Positions 29,967 to 44,388 of a DNA stretch of 64,000 nucleotides are shown in pieces (position 1 is the stretch's first letter; every line of letters begins with the position of its first letter). Position numbers and translations under genes: made by a program. The notes beneath the pieces are model-generated. The model was not told where the DNA came from and searched no databases. It saw only the letters and a program-made list of their open reading frames with translations. This stretch comes from the human T2T-CHM13v2.0 reference genome, Homo sapiens: the NCBI RefSeq assembly GCF_009914755.1, contig NC_060929.1; one strand, written 5' to 3'.

Positions 29967-30139
29967 TAATCTCCATCAAATAATTGTTAAAATAATTGTT
30001 AAAATTATTCTCCGTCAAATAATCTCCGTCGAATAATTGTTAAAATTATTCTCTGTCAAATAATCTCCGTCGAATAATTGTTAAAATAATTGTTAAAATT
30101 ATTCTCCGCCAAATAATCTCCATCAAATAATTGTTAAAA
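29967..30139. repeat. AT-rich compound tandem repeat built from ataattgttaaa and ataatctccgtc modules
   Basis: Two 12-14-nt modules alternating with a ~40-bp higher period. Confidence 0.9.
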
Positions 30140-30304
30140 CCCAACAAAGTGATTCCAACATTCATCCGGAAGACCACACCAGACAGAAAAATAATGAAAA
30201 AGAATGACAATGAGGAGGCATATTTTTTTCAAATTAATGCAGTGTATTATAAAATAATATTAATGAAAACGTAGTTGTGTCAATGTCATGAAAGAAACAG
30301 ATCA

Positions 30305-31290
<986 letters not shown>

Positions 31291-32891
31291 AGCCCAACAC
31301 AGAAGACATGGCCTGGGAGGCCCATGGAGGGTGGCGAGAAGTGACCCTGAGGTGATGGCTCTGCACCAGATGTGGAGAGCGACTGAGCCATACTGAGCAG
31401 CGTGACCCACGGGGTGAACTGTCTTCACCAAGACCCCACCTCCATCAGGCCATCTGTAGCCCGGGGACAAAATGCCCAGGAGAGCCTGGCCTAGGTTCTT
31501 GGCAGTACTTGGCTTGGCCATGTGCCGATGAGGGGCGCTCCCCTCCTCTGCTGAGGACGCACAACATTCACAGAAGTTTCCAGCTTTCCCCCCACCGAGA
31601 GCTGGAGGCAGGCCGTGGCGAGCTTAGAAGCAGGACGTACAGGTCAGCCCCCTCCCTCTGACCGTATTTCCGCTGCAGGTCCAGCGCGTGGTCCCCACCT
31701 GGGCCCTACCAGGTGCCTGACTGTGCTGAGCCCAAGACTTCCTCGAGACCTTGCTCACGACTTCCCCAGGAGGGGCCTTGTCAGTTCCCGGAGAAGCAGA
31801 AGTCAGACCACGACCTGGAGACTGATCTGCTCACCTCCGGGAGCCTCCATCCAGCGGGGGCAGTGCCGCCCTCTCCTTACACTGCCAGCGTGTGCCAGCT
31901 CTCCACTTTAATATTAATCGTCTTTGATATTCATTTGCATGTAATTATAAATAGTTGCTCAAGTAGCAATACAGTGAATAAAATTAGTAAATGATACAGG
32001 TAGCAAACGGTGCTAGGAAACGGCGGAGGTGGAGCAGGAGGGGACAACCTGGCAGTCTGGCACTACTGAGGGGATCATGAGGAAGAGCACCATGCGGCTC
32101 ATATCCTAAAGATACAGGATGTCTATCGGATAGCCCAGTGCCCTCCTTGGACTGACCCTTGGCCCATGGGCCATTGTTCGGCCCCATGGACTGGCTTGCA
32201 GATGGGCAAACTTGCACAGGTCTGTAAGGAGGCAATGGGGAGCTGCCCCTTGCAGCATTGCTTGGGTGGAGTGAGGGGAGCTGGAAACAACACGGGGGTC
32301 ATCAGTGGGTGAGAGGAGAAGCAAATGTGGTGGGGGCATCCCACAAAGTGCTACCAAGGTTAGAAGTTTGATATCTACATAGATGGATGGATCTTAAAAA
32401 CAGAGTGCCAAGTGCAAAAGGTAAGAAACAGAATGAGACACAATTCAGAGCGACTTACATAAATTATGGATACACAGACGCAAGACAGCAACACTCATGT
32501 TGCAAAAATGTACACTAAGGAAAGGATACGGTTTGATCACCTGAAATGGTTGCTCACTGCAGGAGAAAATCAGAAGGAAGAGAGCAGGCTGGGGAGATAA
32601 ATGGCTTTTGTTTCTTTCTTTGTTTTAATGATGTTAGGACAACTGGTTAGAGGGAGGAAAAGGTCAAATTTTGACCTCATGCCTTAAGCAAAAACAGATT
32701 CCAAGTGGATGAGATGATCAAAAGGAAGTCATGGAAGTGCTAGAAGAAAATGTAGCGAGGCACCTTTTTATCATCTTGCTGTTGGGCGGGCTTTGGGTTC
32801 CAAGCCTAGGGCTCTTTCCCAGCCCTCTCCTTAGCTGCCCCATCCCCTGTGAGCAGTTTCCCACTCTGCTGGACTCTGCTGGCTGAATGCA

Positions 32892-33060
32892 AGGGCAGAT
32901 GGCACACTTGCTAGGGGATGGTGTGAGGGGGGATGGGCACACTCACTAGGGGATGGCCTGAGGGCAGACAGGCACACTCACTAGGTAGGGGATGGCCTGA
33001 GGGCAGACGGCACACTCACTAGGTAGGGGATGGCCTGAGGGCAGACGGCACACTCACTGA
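32892..33060. repeat. Minisatellite, 34-39-bp unit x ~4.5
   Basis: ggcacactcactagg(tagg)ggatggcctgagggcagac. Confidence 0.9.
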
Positions 33061-34129
33061 GGCACCTGCACACAGACAGAGGTGCTGTGCTACTGCCTCA
33101 ACCTGCCAACCATGTGGATGGGAACAAGTCATCCTTTTTCCAGTGCTTAGGAGTCCCCAAAACGTAAGTCCTAATGACCGCCCTGCAGAGCCAGAACTGC
33201 CACACTGCCCAGAAGAGGAGAGGGAGGCTCAGGGAATTAGACTAAGGCCATGATGTTGGCAAATGGCCAGGCCAGAATGCCAGCCCAGTTCCTGCACACA
33301 AGCACTGCCAGGGCCTGCAGGGGCCACCACCAGGCTCAGGAGGACCAAAGCCTGGAGCACCAGCAGCCTCTCCTCCAACATGAGGAGCCCCACCCAGGGG
33401 AGGTCAACGGGAACAAGGTCATCCCCTCCATTTCTTACTAACCAAGAGAGAGTCGCTCTGTGGCTGTGTATTCCCCTAAAGATAATCATTAAGATGAAAT
33501 ATGTTTATGTGGAAGTGTAATCAGGACACAGCAGAAAGCCCTGCTTGGAAGCAGGCAGGCTCTTTGGAGGCTCTGGGAAGCAGAAGGCAGGCTCAGCCCC
33601 ACGGGGGCCATCAGCACAGAGCCCCACTGGTGTACTTTATTAAAAGATGCTCATTAGGATTATTACATCCCAGCCCTTTATAACTTTATTACTGACTTTG
33701 AATTAATTTTTGCAACTTCAACAGACACAGCTCATCCAATGCCATTTTTATGACCTGAGGTGGATCGGAGGGTGGGGAGGGGCTCCTGGGGCCGGCCTGG
33801 CCATCAGGAGCGCATCAGGAACCGCTGTGCCGAATCTCAGGGGCAGTCCTGACAGTTCTCTAAACTCCCACGGGATGGGCTGCCCCGCGGACAGATGGAC
33901 GCTCCAGCCCAGGCCTGCTCAGCCTCAGCCATGCTTCAGGGAGAAAAAGGAAGCACTAAAGGAGAGAAGGCCTCTCCGGGCCAGTCCTCAGAACATACCC
34001 CCGCACAGCAGAGGACAAAGGACACCCCTCAGTGGTGGACACAGAAGGTCCTGGCCTGCCCAGCACCTGCACACCCTCACAGAGCCACCTGGGGTTGCAC
34101 AGCACGGTGGCCTGCCCTGTCTGGCCATT

Positions 34130-34525
34130 ACACCTTTTCTGCTAGTAAACCACCCTCCCCTATTTGCACCCCATATGGCTCATGGGGAGCCAATCCCACT
34201 GCACCCCAGCTCCAGGAGTGCCCAAGGGGTCCTGTTAGGCCACTGGAACCTGATGCTGTGTGTTGGTGTGCACAGGAAGACTCCCGTGCTTTCCTCTCTG
34301 CTGGGAAAATGTGACTCTGGGACTGCTAAGTACCTCCTTCCCCCAGGAGCAGCAGAGGCGAGAGATGAGGGCAGCCCCGTGTGCTGCTGACACTGTTCAG
34401 GTCCCCAAATCCAGCTATGGCTGAAGGTGATGCACCCCTGGACATCCTAATTCTTCAGGTCAATTCATTTAGCTCTCTGTCTCTTGCAACCACGAGAGTC
34501 CTGTGTGCCCTTACAAACACAGACA
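34130..34525 (+). mobile_element. Old MaLR LTR (MLT1J/K-like)
   Basis: atccagctatggctgaag...ctgtctcttgcaaccacgagagtcctg end motifs. Confidence 0.45.
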
Positions 34526-34840
34526 CAGCCAAATGTGCTGGCCTGAGAGAGACACCATGGTTTGGCTTTGCAGCCACAGCTCTCTTGAACGATTGAGGCA
34601 TCAGACCAGGCCACTCTCTTCTGCCCTGTGCCTGCACCTCCCAGTGTGGGGCGAGGAGAAGGTCTGCAGTATTTAAGGTCTATGACCAGAAAAGGGGCCA
34701 GGCTCTGGTCCGGCTCCCAGATACGTGTCCTTGGGAAATGGTGCCCAGCAGAGGTGTGAGGCTGCTGAGGTTGAGCCCAAGCCAGCAGGGCCATGCTGAG
34801 TGACCAGCAGCTGTGCGAGCCCCTCTGAGGTGTCCTGCAG

Positions 34841-34976
34841 CAGGGCTGGGGCTTCCTGTCTACAGCCCTCACAGAGGTTCCCAAACACAACTTCCCCCTC
34901 TTCACCCCAGGGCTGGGGCCTCCTGTCTACAGCCCCCACAGAGGTTCCCAAACACAACTTCCCCTTCGTCCCCCCA
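34841..34976. repeat. Tandem duplication, 67 bp x2
   Basis: cagggctggggc(t/c)tcctgtctacagccc(t/c)cacagaggttcccaaacacaacttcccc at 34841 and 34908. Confidence 0.93.
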
Positions 34977-37900
34977 GCACCCGCCGAACTACCGAGGCTC
35001 CTCTGCACCTGCCCCGTGCCACTCTCCAGCGGCCTCTGCAGCCCACTCACCTCCAAGGATTCACGGGGGTCTCGGGGCCTTCAGAGGCTGGGGCGGGTGA
35101 CAAGAGCCAGCAAGCCCTGCCCCTGCCTAGCATCTGCTTAAGCCAGGGAGGGTCCCCAGGACTCACCACAGCCCCCAGGGCTCCAAGCCTTCCCTCTGCT
35201 GGGCAGTTGGCCCAGGGAAGGGGAGCTGGCCTGGGTAATGTCACGGGGGCACCGCAGCACGCGGCAGCCAAGTGGTGGGGGCCGATGGAGAGGCCGGCAG
35301 GTCTTTTATTGAAAATATTCACTGTGAACTTCAGAACAAAACGAAGATCCCCACGGGTCCCAAAGGAAGGGAGAATTCCCAGGGGTTGTGTTCTGAACGC
35401 AGAGGAGGTGGGGGCCGGCAAGTGGGGTGCTGACAGCCAGTGCCACGGGACCCATGTGGCCGGAGGCTTGGCCAGTGGCTCAGCAGATGACAGGCGGAAA
35501 ATCCCTGTCACCAGTCTGGTACATGCTCCAGAGCCCCTGATTTGGACATCATCTGGAAGCCTGGCATTGCTCCCCGGAAGGCCTCAGGTACCTCACACTC
35601 AGAAGGTCCAGGGCCTGCTGCCTCCTCTGCCCGCACGTGCACCTCCGGCTGCACTGCCAGCTGCATCGTCCACCTAGGGAGTGGGGCCCGCATGCAGCCA
35701 GGTCCATGCCAGGAGCAGAACCTGCCTCTCCCCCTCCCTCAAAGGCAGCTCCCTCCTCACTCCTCAGGGTCTCTGGAACCTACCCCTCCACGCTCTATGC
35801 CCTCTGTACTGCCCACGCTCCTGACTCCAGCAGCATCTGCGCCTCCCCCATCTCTGCACTCTTCAAATCCAAGTTCCAAGGCATTTCTTTACCTGCCAAC
35901 CTCAGTTTCCCTTGTTGTGGCCTTCACGTCCTTTGATGTTGAGCCCTGCGTTCATGCAGGGTGGGCGTGGGCCCTGCAGGGGTGAGGTCCTGGTCCCCTG
36001 GGAAGAGCTTGCAGCCAACACAAGCGGGAGGTCTCAGATGCTGCCCGACCCTGTGCAAATGAGGCCCTCTCCTACCCGGCCATGAGCCACGTGCAGGGAC
36101 TCAGCACCTGCCTCTGCTCCCTCCTCCTTCCTGACCCCTCTAGGTCAGGAGTCCAGGCACACAGCAGTGCTGGGGTGCTGCAGCCAAGCACAGGCTCTTC
36201 CTAGCTGATTGTGGGACCTGGGGCAGCCCTGCACGGTGGGCCACACTGTGCCACCAAGCTGCCTTCCTAGGAGGAAGAGTTCCTCAGATGCCCAGGCACC
36301 AGGGACTTCACACACCTCCTGTTTCTTCTTCATGGTAGCCGGTGGAGTGGGCACGGGACCTCTCTTACGCAAATGAGGGAACAAGCCCTGGGCCCAGGCA
36401 ACAGGCACCCCTGCGTGACCCCAGCATCTGGCTCTGTCCCCCGCATCCCGAGCTTCCAATGGCCCATGGTGGTGATTGCACCTGGTCCAGCAGCCAAAAG
36501 GGAGCTGAAAGTACCAGGGCCCTGGCCCAGCTGAGGACCTTGCTGCCATCACCCACCATGACCCTTGGGCACAAAGACCCCCCACTTTCAGTCGTGGCAC
36601 CAAGCACAGTCCATGTCTGACCAGGACCTGCTCAAGGAGCAGGAGTGACCGAGGACAACCCCGGGGACCACCCCAGCCCTCCCCCATGCTGGGGGTGGAA
36701 GGGTGGTGAGGCCTGGGGCCTCTTGATGCTCCCATGCCCTGATGTCCCATCCTCCAGGACGCTCCCATGCCCCTGCGCCTCCTGAGGGGGCAGGGAAACC
36801 CCATGTGGGCGGGCAGCAGCCAGGCTCCCTGGATCTGCCCAGAGAAGAGCCCCCCGCAGAGGTGATGCAATGCTCACCACGCCCCCCTCAGCTCAAGACC
36901 CTGGAACTTGCCAGACCCTCAGCCCTCTCTCCCAGTGAGTGTCAGGGACCTCCCTTTCCCCTCAGGCTGCTGGGCCCCCAAACCACATGTCCTCCTTCCC
37001 TCTGCTCCAGCCCCCCATGGGGCTGAGGAGCAGGCCTGCCCAACCTTTGTTTCTGGTCTCTCCTGTCCTTCACGCCTGGCTGTGGGATCTTCTCTCAGAC
37101 CTGCCTCTCCCACGGGTAAATCCCAAGGTGCAGACTCAGAGACAGCACCGAGAGGCCCCCAGTGCAGCCGCCACTCTGAGCCCAGAGGCCAGGCCATCCA
37201 ACCCTGCAGGGACGGGGGTTCCTCCCATTTGTCTTCCTGTGTGAACTCCGTGGGTCCAGAAGCCTGAGTTTGGGGGTGGTGACAATTGGCCCTGGTGGAC
37301 CCCACACACTCCTGTCCCATGATGCTTCCTGCCCTAGAATATCCCAGCTGCAGTTGAGGAGGGAAGGGGCTCCTCATACTCCCCACACAGCACCCAGACC
37401 ACGGTGTTGACGAGGCTTAATTTGATCAGCCCTATTTCGAGAAGGGAGGAAATCAGAAATCAGAGTGAGTGCTGAGTCCTGAAAATTTAATCCCCAAGGC
37501 AGCCTCACAGGGCCTTTCCTCCCCAACCGGGGCAGGTGGCAGGGATGCACTACAAGCCCAGATCCCAGGGCCACCCTGAGAACCAGGAGGGGAGGGAGGG
37601 CCACCCTGCCTGCAGAGAGGATGGCAAAGGCCCTGCTTGCCGGGCCCCAGCTGCCCTCAACACTGCAAGGGCTCAGAAGACTGGACCAGCAGCTGGCCGG
37701 GCAGAAACTATAGAAATCATCCTAATTCTACTTTAAAAGGCTGGGGTTTCCTCTTCTTGCTTAAAAGCTGGTGTGACCCTTCCAGGTAGCAGCCAGCGGC
37801 AGGCCTGTGGCTCACTGAGATGGGCTGGGTGGGTGGCCCTCTGGCCTGTGCTCCCAACCAGCTGCCCATGTGCTCCTGCCTGCCCTGCAGAGGTGACGTG

Positions 37901-38346
37901 GCTGCCATCACAGCATTGCATGTTGTGAACTGACTCCTGCCAAGCCCTGAGAGGGCATCAAGTCTGGCAGCAGCCCCTGCAGGGCCCAGCTGCCTCCGAA
38001 CCTCCAGCATGCTTCTCCCAGGGCAGGAGCACCCTCCCCAGAGCACCCAGTCCTGTTGCCACTTTCTGCCAGGCAACCCCTCCCCCTGCTTCCAGGTCCA
38101 GCCTGACTTTCCTCCTGTTTGCAACAGTTCCTACCTGCCTGCCCTGGGCCCATGCCCTCCACCAGGACAAGTCACTGTCTCCTTCTCTGGCTCCCAAAAC
38201 CTTCATTTTCATTCATTTGTTCATTGTTCATTCACTCGTCAAGTATTTTGCTAACTACCATTTGCCAGCCTTGCGTGGCACCACCTCTAGGAGAGCGCTC
38301 TGGGGTGTCACCATCACAGGCTGGCCTGCTCAGTGATCACTCCTCA

Positions 38347-39012
38347 GACACATGCACACACACACATGCACGCAGTCACATACACACATGCACACTCACA
38401 CGAATGCACTCATACACACACACACGAACGCACTCACATACACACATGCACACTCACACAAATGCACTCATATACACACGAATGCACTCAGACACTCACA
38501 AACACGCACACACGAATGCACTCACACACACACGCACGCAGTCACATACACACATGCACTCACACGAACGCACTCACACACGCACACTCACACACGAATG
38601 CACTCACACACAAATGGACTCACACTCACATGCACACTCATACGAATGCACTCACACACATGCACTCACACACGAATGCACTCACACTCACACGAATGCA
38701 CTCACACACGCGAATGCACTCGCACACGCATGCACTCACGTGTGAATGCACTCGCATACTCACATGCACACTCACATGAATGCACACACACACACTCACA
38801 GACGCACACTCACACATGAATGCACTCACACACACGAATGCTCTTACATGCACACAAACGCACATGCATACATTCATCACATGTGAGTGTATGTGAGTGC
38901 ATGTGCGTGTATGTGAGTCTATGGATGTGTGTGCATGTCACACGTGTGTGCATATGTGACATGCACACTCAGGCACACACATGCACACACACAAACGTGC
39001 ACATGCACACAC
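38347..39012. repeat. Compound CA-rich repeat (cacacgaatgcactca modules) with an internal TG-oriented block at ~38881-38960
   Basis: Direct reading of the sequence. Confidence 0.95.
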
Positions 39013-39932
39013 AGGCTCTACAGTGAACTCCTGGAAGACTGAGGTGGCCCTTGACCCCTCTCTAAGTCCCCAGGTACCCACATGGGGCTTGGCAAAATGA
39101 ATAAATAAACGGGCCAAAAACGCCTATTGGATAAATGGAAAACTTAGTTATCCTTATGCTACTTCTGAGCAGGTGGAGACAGGACAGGGTAGGACGAGGC
39201 GCAGCGTGGATGCGGGCGGATTGTCTGTATCTCCTTGGTGGGAGCAGTTGGCCGTGGAGTCTACATCGGTTTCCTTCCTGGCCGTCATTTACAGGGAGAG
39301 CATGAGGGCGGCGTGAGGTCAGCGGGGCAGGTGGATGCTGTGCGCTTACTGCAGCCATGCGGTGGGTGCACGCTACCACCGTCTTCTCCTCTTTTTCTTG
39401 GGAGCTGTCGCCATGGCTCCCGGCACATCCTGACATCCGTAGGCGCCATCCTGACAACACGCTGCCGGCCGCAGGCCTCACACCACAGCAATTCTCACTC
39501 GGGCCTCCCTGACCCTCGACCTGTGGGTCCCTGCTAGGCTGGGCGTGTTTCCCGATGCCCCATCTCTCTGACCTAGACATATTTTGTTCACATGTTGAAC
39601 AGAGAGAAACGGTCCGCATTTCCAGAAAGAAATATACTCTCCCAATTTTCCTTGGAGCATGCGGCCCTCTTGGCTTGTCTTTTGCTTATTCCCTCTTCAC
39701 TGAGAAATATTTTGCTCCCATGAGAAAAGCCATGTGGGCAGGGGGATGAGAGGGCACACTGCCTCCAGCCCAAGGTGGCCAGTGGTGACTAGGAGGGTGC
39801 AGGTCCATGTTGCTGGGTCTTATTTTTGTAAGGAAGTGAGAAATCTGGATTTGCATGTGAAGTCTCTGATCTCTAAATACTGGCAAAAAGCAATTTAAGA
39901 ATAATGTAGGTGCTGTGCTGCTTGTGAAATGA

Positions 39933-40030
39933 ACCAAAGCTGGGTCCCCAGGTCTGTCTGCCACCTCAGCTCCACGCCCAGACCAAAGCTGTGTCCTCAG
40001 GTCTGTCTGCCACCTCGGCTCCACGCCCTG
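39933..40030. repeat. Tandem duplication, 49 bp x2
   Basis: accaaagctg(g/t)gtcc(c/t)caggtctgtctgccacctc(a/g)gctccacgccc at 39933 and 39982. Confidence 0.93.
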
Positions 40031-40467
40031 AGCAACCGTTTCCCTGTATCCTCCTCCGTCTGGCCTGGAGAGGTTTTGAGCACAGTAGGTTCTGGCCAAC
40101 CAGAGTGAGTCCACCTGCCTCTGCCTCACAGTGGCTGAAGCTTCCCGGGCCGCAGTTCACGCCCCACTTGTTTCTCCACATCCCTTTCCCACCTTGAAGG
40201 ACAGCTCCTGATGGATGTGTTTTATGGTGGAATCCTCACGCAGGGGCCTGAGGAACACTCCCTGGTTATCCACACGGCAACTAACACTCAGCACGCACCA
40301 GGCTCCTCCTCCCTCTCATGGACTCTCAATTCAGCCCCACACAGCCAAGGGCTCACCCACATCATGTGCGCTTCAGACAAAGGACTAATTTCCTTAATAC
40401 ATAAAGCGCTCTTACAAATCAACAAGAAACAATCCAGCAATCCAAAAGGGAAATGGACAAACGGTAT

Positions 40468-41286
40468 TGATACAAAAGTGCTGGGTAGAGAAGGGCATGC
40501 TCCCTTTAAATGATATGGAAGCAGGGAAGTGCATGGTCCCTGGCTAAGGGCTCCACCCTCACGGACCTATGTGAGGACAGGCACTCTTGCCTTTGTGCCC
40601 AAATGTCACATTTCCCAAGACCACCCTGGTCCACCATGTCCCCATCCTGTGCCTATAAAAACCCGAGACCCTAACAGGCAGACACAGGCGGCTGGACGTC
40701 GAGAGGAGCGCATGAGGGGAGGAACACACAGGCGGCTGGACGTCGAGAGGAACGCACCAACGAGCACCAGCACGCTGCAGGCCACCGACCGGCAGAAGCA
40801 GAACGACACGGAGTTTGGCCGGGGCAGTCAGAGGAGAGCCCAGGCTGCTTAGCGGCCCGACTCCAGGGAAAGCCCTTTGCACCCCATCCTCCTTCTGGCT
40901 TCCCCCATCTGCTGAGAGCTACTTCCACTCAATAAAACCTCGCACTCATTCTCCAAGCCCACGTGTGATCTGATTCTTCCAGGACATCAAGGAAGAACCC
41001 GAGATACAGAAAGCCCTCTGTCCTTGCGACAAGGTAGAGGGTCTAACTGAGCTGGTTAACACAAGCCGCCTACAGACAGCTAAAGTAAAAGAGCACATGC
41101 AGCACACGCCCACTGGGGCTTCAGGGGCTGCAAACATTCACCCCTAGACACTGCTGTGGGGTCGGAGCCCCACAGCCTGCCCGTCTGTATTCTCCCCCAG
41201 AGGTTTGAGCAGAGGGACACTGAAGAAGGAAGCCACACCCCCATAGCACGCCCTGCGAGGAGGACAAGAGAACTTCTCTCATTTCA
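40468..41286 (+). mobile_element. Solo ERV1 LTR, LTR1 family
   Basis: TG...CA termini (tgatac / tttca). LTR1-type gtccctggctaagggctccacc..ggacctatgtgaggacaggc. TATA cctataaaa at ~40652 and AATAAA at 40931. Flanks gtat/atat form a 4-bp TSD with one mismatch. Confidence 0.85.
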
Positions 41287-41330
41287 ATATGAGGGGACAA
41301 TTGTCAGAAAAGAAAAGACAGCAGCTTTTC

Positions 41331-41778
<448 letters not shown>

Positions 41779-44147
41779 TAAAAATGTACGGATCAGGGGT
41801 ACATGCTGAGAGAAACGGATCCAGCCAACCATCCTAGGGTTGTGGTCATCCTTATCAAAGTTGAAAATGCACAAACCTTTTGAATCCACAATTCTAGTTA
41901 TCAAATTTAATCCTACAAATGTCCTCATACAAGTAGCCAAGGAAATAAGTGTAAGGATATCCACGGCTGCATTATAAGAAACGGTGAAAAGAAGTAACGT
42001 CCCCATCAGTCAAGGTCTGGTTAAGCAAGTGATTCACAGGATGGAATGCCTGAGCAGGAGGAATGGGCAGGTCTGGAGGGGCTGCTGTGGACGACGTCCA
42101 AGACATGTTCCCTGATAATCGCAAATGCAGGGTAGCACACGGTGTAGTCTACAGTGTGCAGGAAAAAGTCAGAAAAACGAAAACACAGTATCTACAGGAC
42201 ACAAAATCCCTTGAGCCAGAGATTCTAATCCTAGGATTTATATATGTGTGTGTACACATATGTGTATATATATATACTTGTGTGTGCACAGGACATCCTG
42301 AAAGGACACAGAAGAAAGGTGTGCAGTGGCTGCCCTGCAGAAAGGAGCTGACTTCCAGGACAGCCAATGGGAGGGGGATGAGGACAGCAATGAGCATTTC
42401 ATATGGCTGCAATCCTTAGTCCAGCCAAAAAGCAAGCCACGCACATGCAGGAGAGGCCAGGACTCTCCCAGCAGCTCCCCCAGGGGTCAGGGGCAGAGGG
42501 AGCCCCCAGCCTGGCCTGCTCCCTGACGACTCTACACTTGGCAGCTGAAGGGGGCCACCCTGACAGTCAAGGCCCAGCTGTGATCTGGGGTGGAACTGGT
42601 CTGGCACCGATCTGCTTGGCCTGGCTCTGGGTGCTGGCACGGCAGTATCTGGTGGGCTGCAGGGCCCCCAGCTGGGGCCCTTTGAGTGATGATGAGCCTG
42701 CTGGGCTGGGACCACAGAGTGAGCAGGACCAGCATCCCCTCAACCCCAGATGCCCTCCAGGACTGCAGGGCCCAGACACAGAGAGGGAACCTGACGCTCA
42801 TGGGGAGGGCTGAGAGGCAGGCAGAGGGGGAAGGGTGTTCCTGACCACGGCCCACAGGACCAGCAGTGCAGAGGGCCTGGGAGTGAGGGAAGCCCCTGCT
42901 GTGCCAAGGAGGGAGGGCCAGGAGAGGAGAGATGGCCGAGGCCGGGAGGAGGGCAGAAGTGCAGAGAGACTAGAGGGGGCAGGGCAGCCCTGGCTTGGGG
43001 CTGGAGAGGGAGCCAGGAAGGAGGGTGGAAGGCAGGGGAGGCAGCGTGTGGACAAAGACTGAGAGGGGGAGTCACAGCTTGGGTGCAGAAAGTGGGGCCA
43101 GGGAGGATTCCGGGTTTCTGACCTGGGCAACCGGTCACCCTGGGAAGCCTTCCCTGCAAGGGACCCTCGGGAGGAGCCGCGTGGGAGGAGGAGAAGGCCG
43201 TGTGGGGCGTGTTGGGCTGAGATTTCTGTGGGGACACAAGGACAGACACCCATGAGACACTCAGGCAGGAGTGGTCTGGAGCACAGAGAGAGGGTGGGCC
43301 GGAGGCCCCAGGTGTGGGCGGCCTCCAGGATGAATCAGCTGCAGAGCACCGCAGTGGCGCACACAGATCAGTGTCCTGATCTGAAAAGTAGGCATAACGA
43401 TGCTGGCCACAGCCCACAAGTAAGACACATAGAAAACCTGAGGCCCACAGAGGTGACAGGAACGGGCCAGGTGCACGGACAGGGCTGTTCCTGACTCAGC
43501 TCACTCCACCAGAACCCAGTCTGGGCACCAGCCTGTTTTCTTCTCCTCTCCAGCCAGCAGGGCAGAATTGGGGGTGGACTTGCCCCAGCCTGAAGACCTC
43601 CGGGGCCCTGGCTCCTCCCTGCTCCACCTGCCATAGCCCAAAACCAGTGTGGGTGTGAAGCGGAAGGAGACTCCGCAGCAAGGCCCAGCTCTTATGCCGG
43701 CCACTGCCTTGCCTCCTGCCTGATGCAGTCTCTCGGCAGCAAGGCAGGTGCCCTGAGACCTGGAGGTGCCCCCAGCCCCAGAACCCACCATGCGCGGCTG
43801 GGCCGACTGTGCCTGCCCTTAAGGCAGGCAGAACACTAACCAAAGCCAGCGGACATCCACTGCCTGCGGAGCATCTGGGGAAGGCTCCTGTGGGGCTCCA
43901 GACCCGGGGCGGTGCCTTCACCACGGCCTCCTCATCCAGCATCCACAACTCTGGAGCTAGGAAGCCCGGTGCTCCTTCCCAGAGGAGGGAGCCGAAGCTC
44001 TGCCAGTCTGCACTGAAGTCTGTGGTGTGCGGTCACCTGAGAACAGCTCAGTCAGTCTGGCTGGATCCTGAGCTCCTCCCCCGGCCTGTGCTTGAGAGGT
44101 GACAGCCAGCACGTGAGCAAGTGCCCTGGGTTCTGGTCCCAGCAAAG

Positions 44148-44203
44148 CTACCTCCAGCTGTGCACCTCGGTCAGGCACCTCCAGCTGTGCACCTCGGTCA
44201 GGC
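44148..44203. repeat. Tandem duplication, 27 bp x2
   Basis: acctccagctgtgcacctcggtcaggc occurs twice. Confidence 0.9.
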
Positions 44204-44388
44204 CACCCTCTCTCCGTCAGACCCTCAGTGTCCTGATCAGTGTCCACAAGTAAGACACATAGAAAACCTGAGGCCCAGAGAAGCCAAGGAAGTCCTTACA
44301 GGCTTCTGTCAGAGAATCGGAGGAAAGGAGGGGACGCCAGAGAATCTGGGCTTAAGTGACTTGGCCGTGATCAAAACACAGGCAGAGT

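Noticed and set aside
38119-39026. His/Thr-rich and Cys/Val-rich ORFs (also 24161-25202)
   Set aside because: Artefacts of CA/TG repeats
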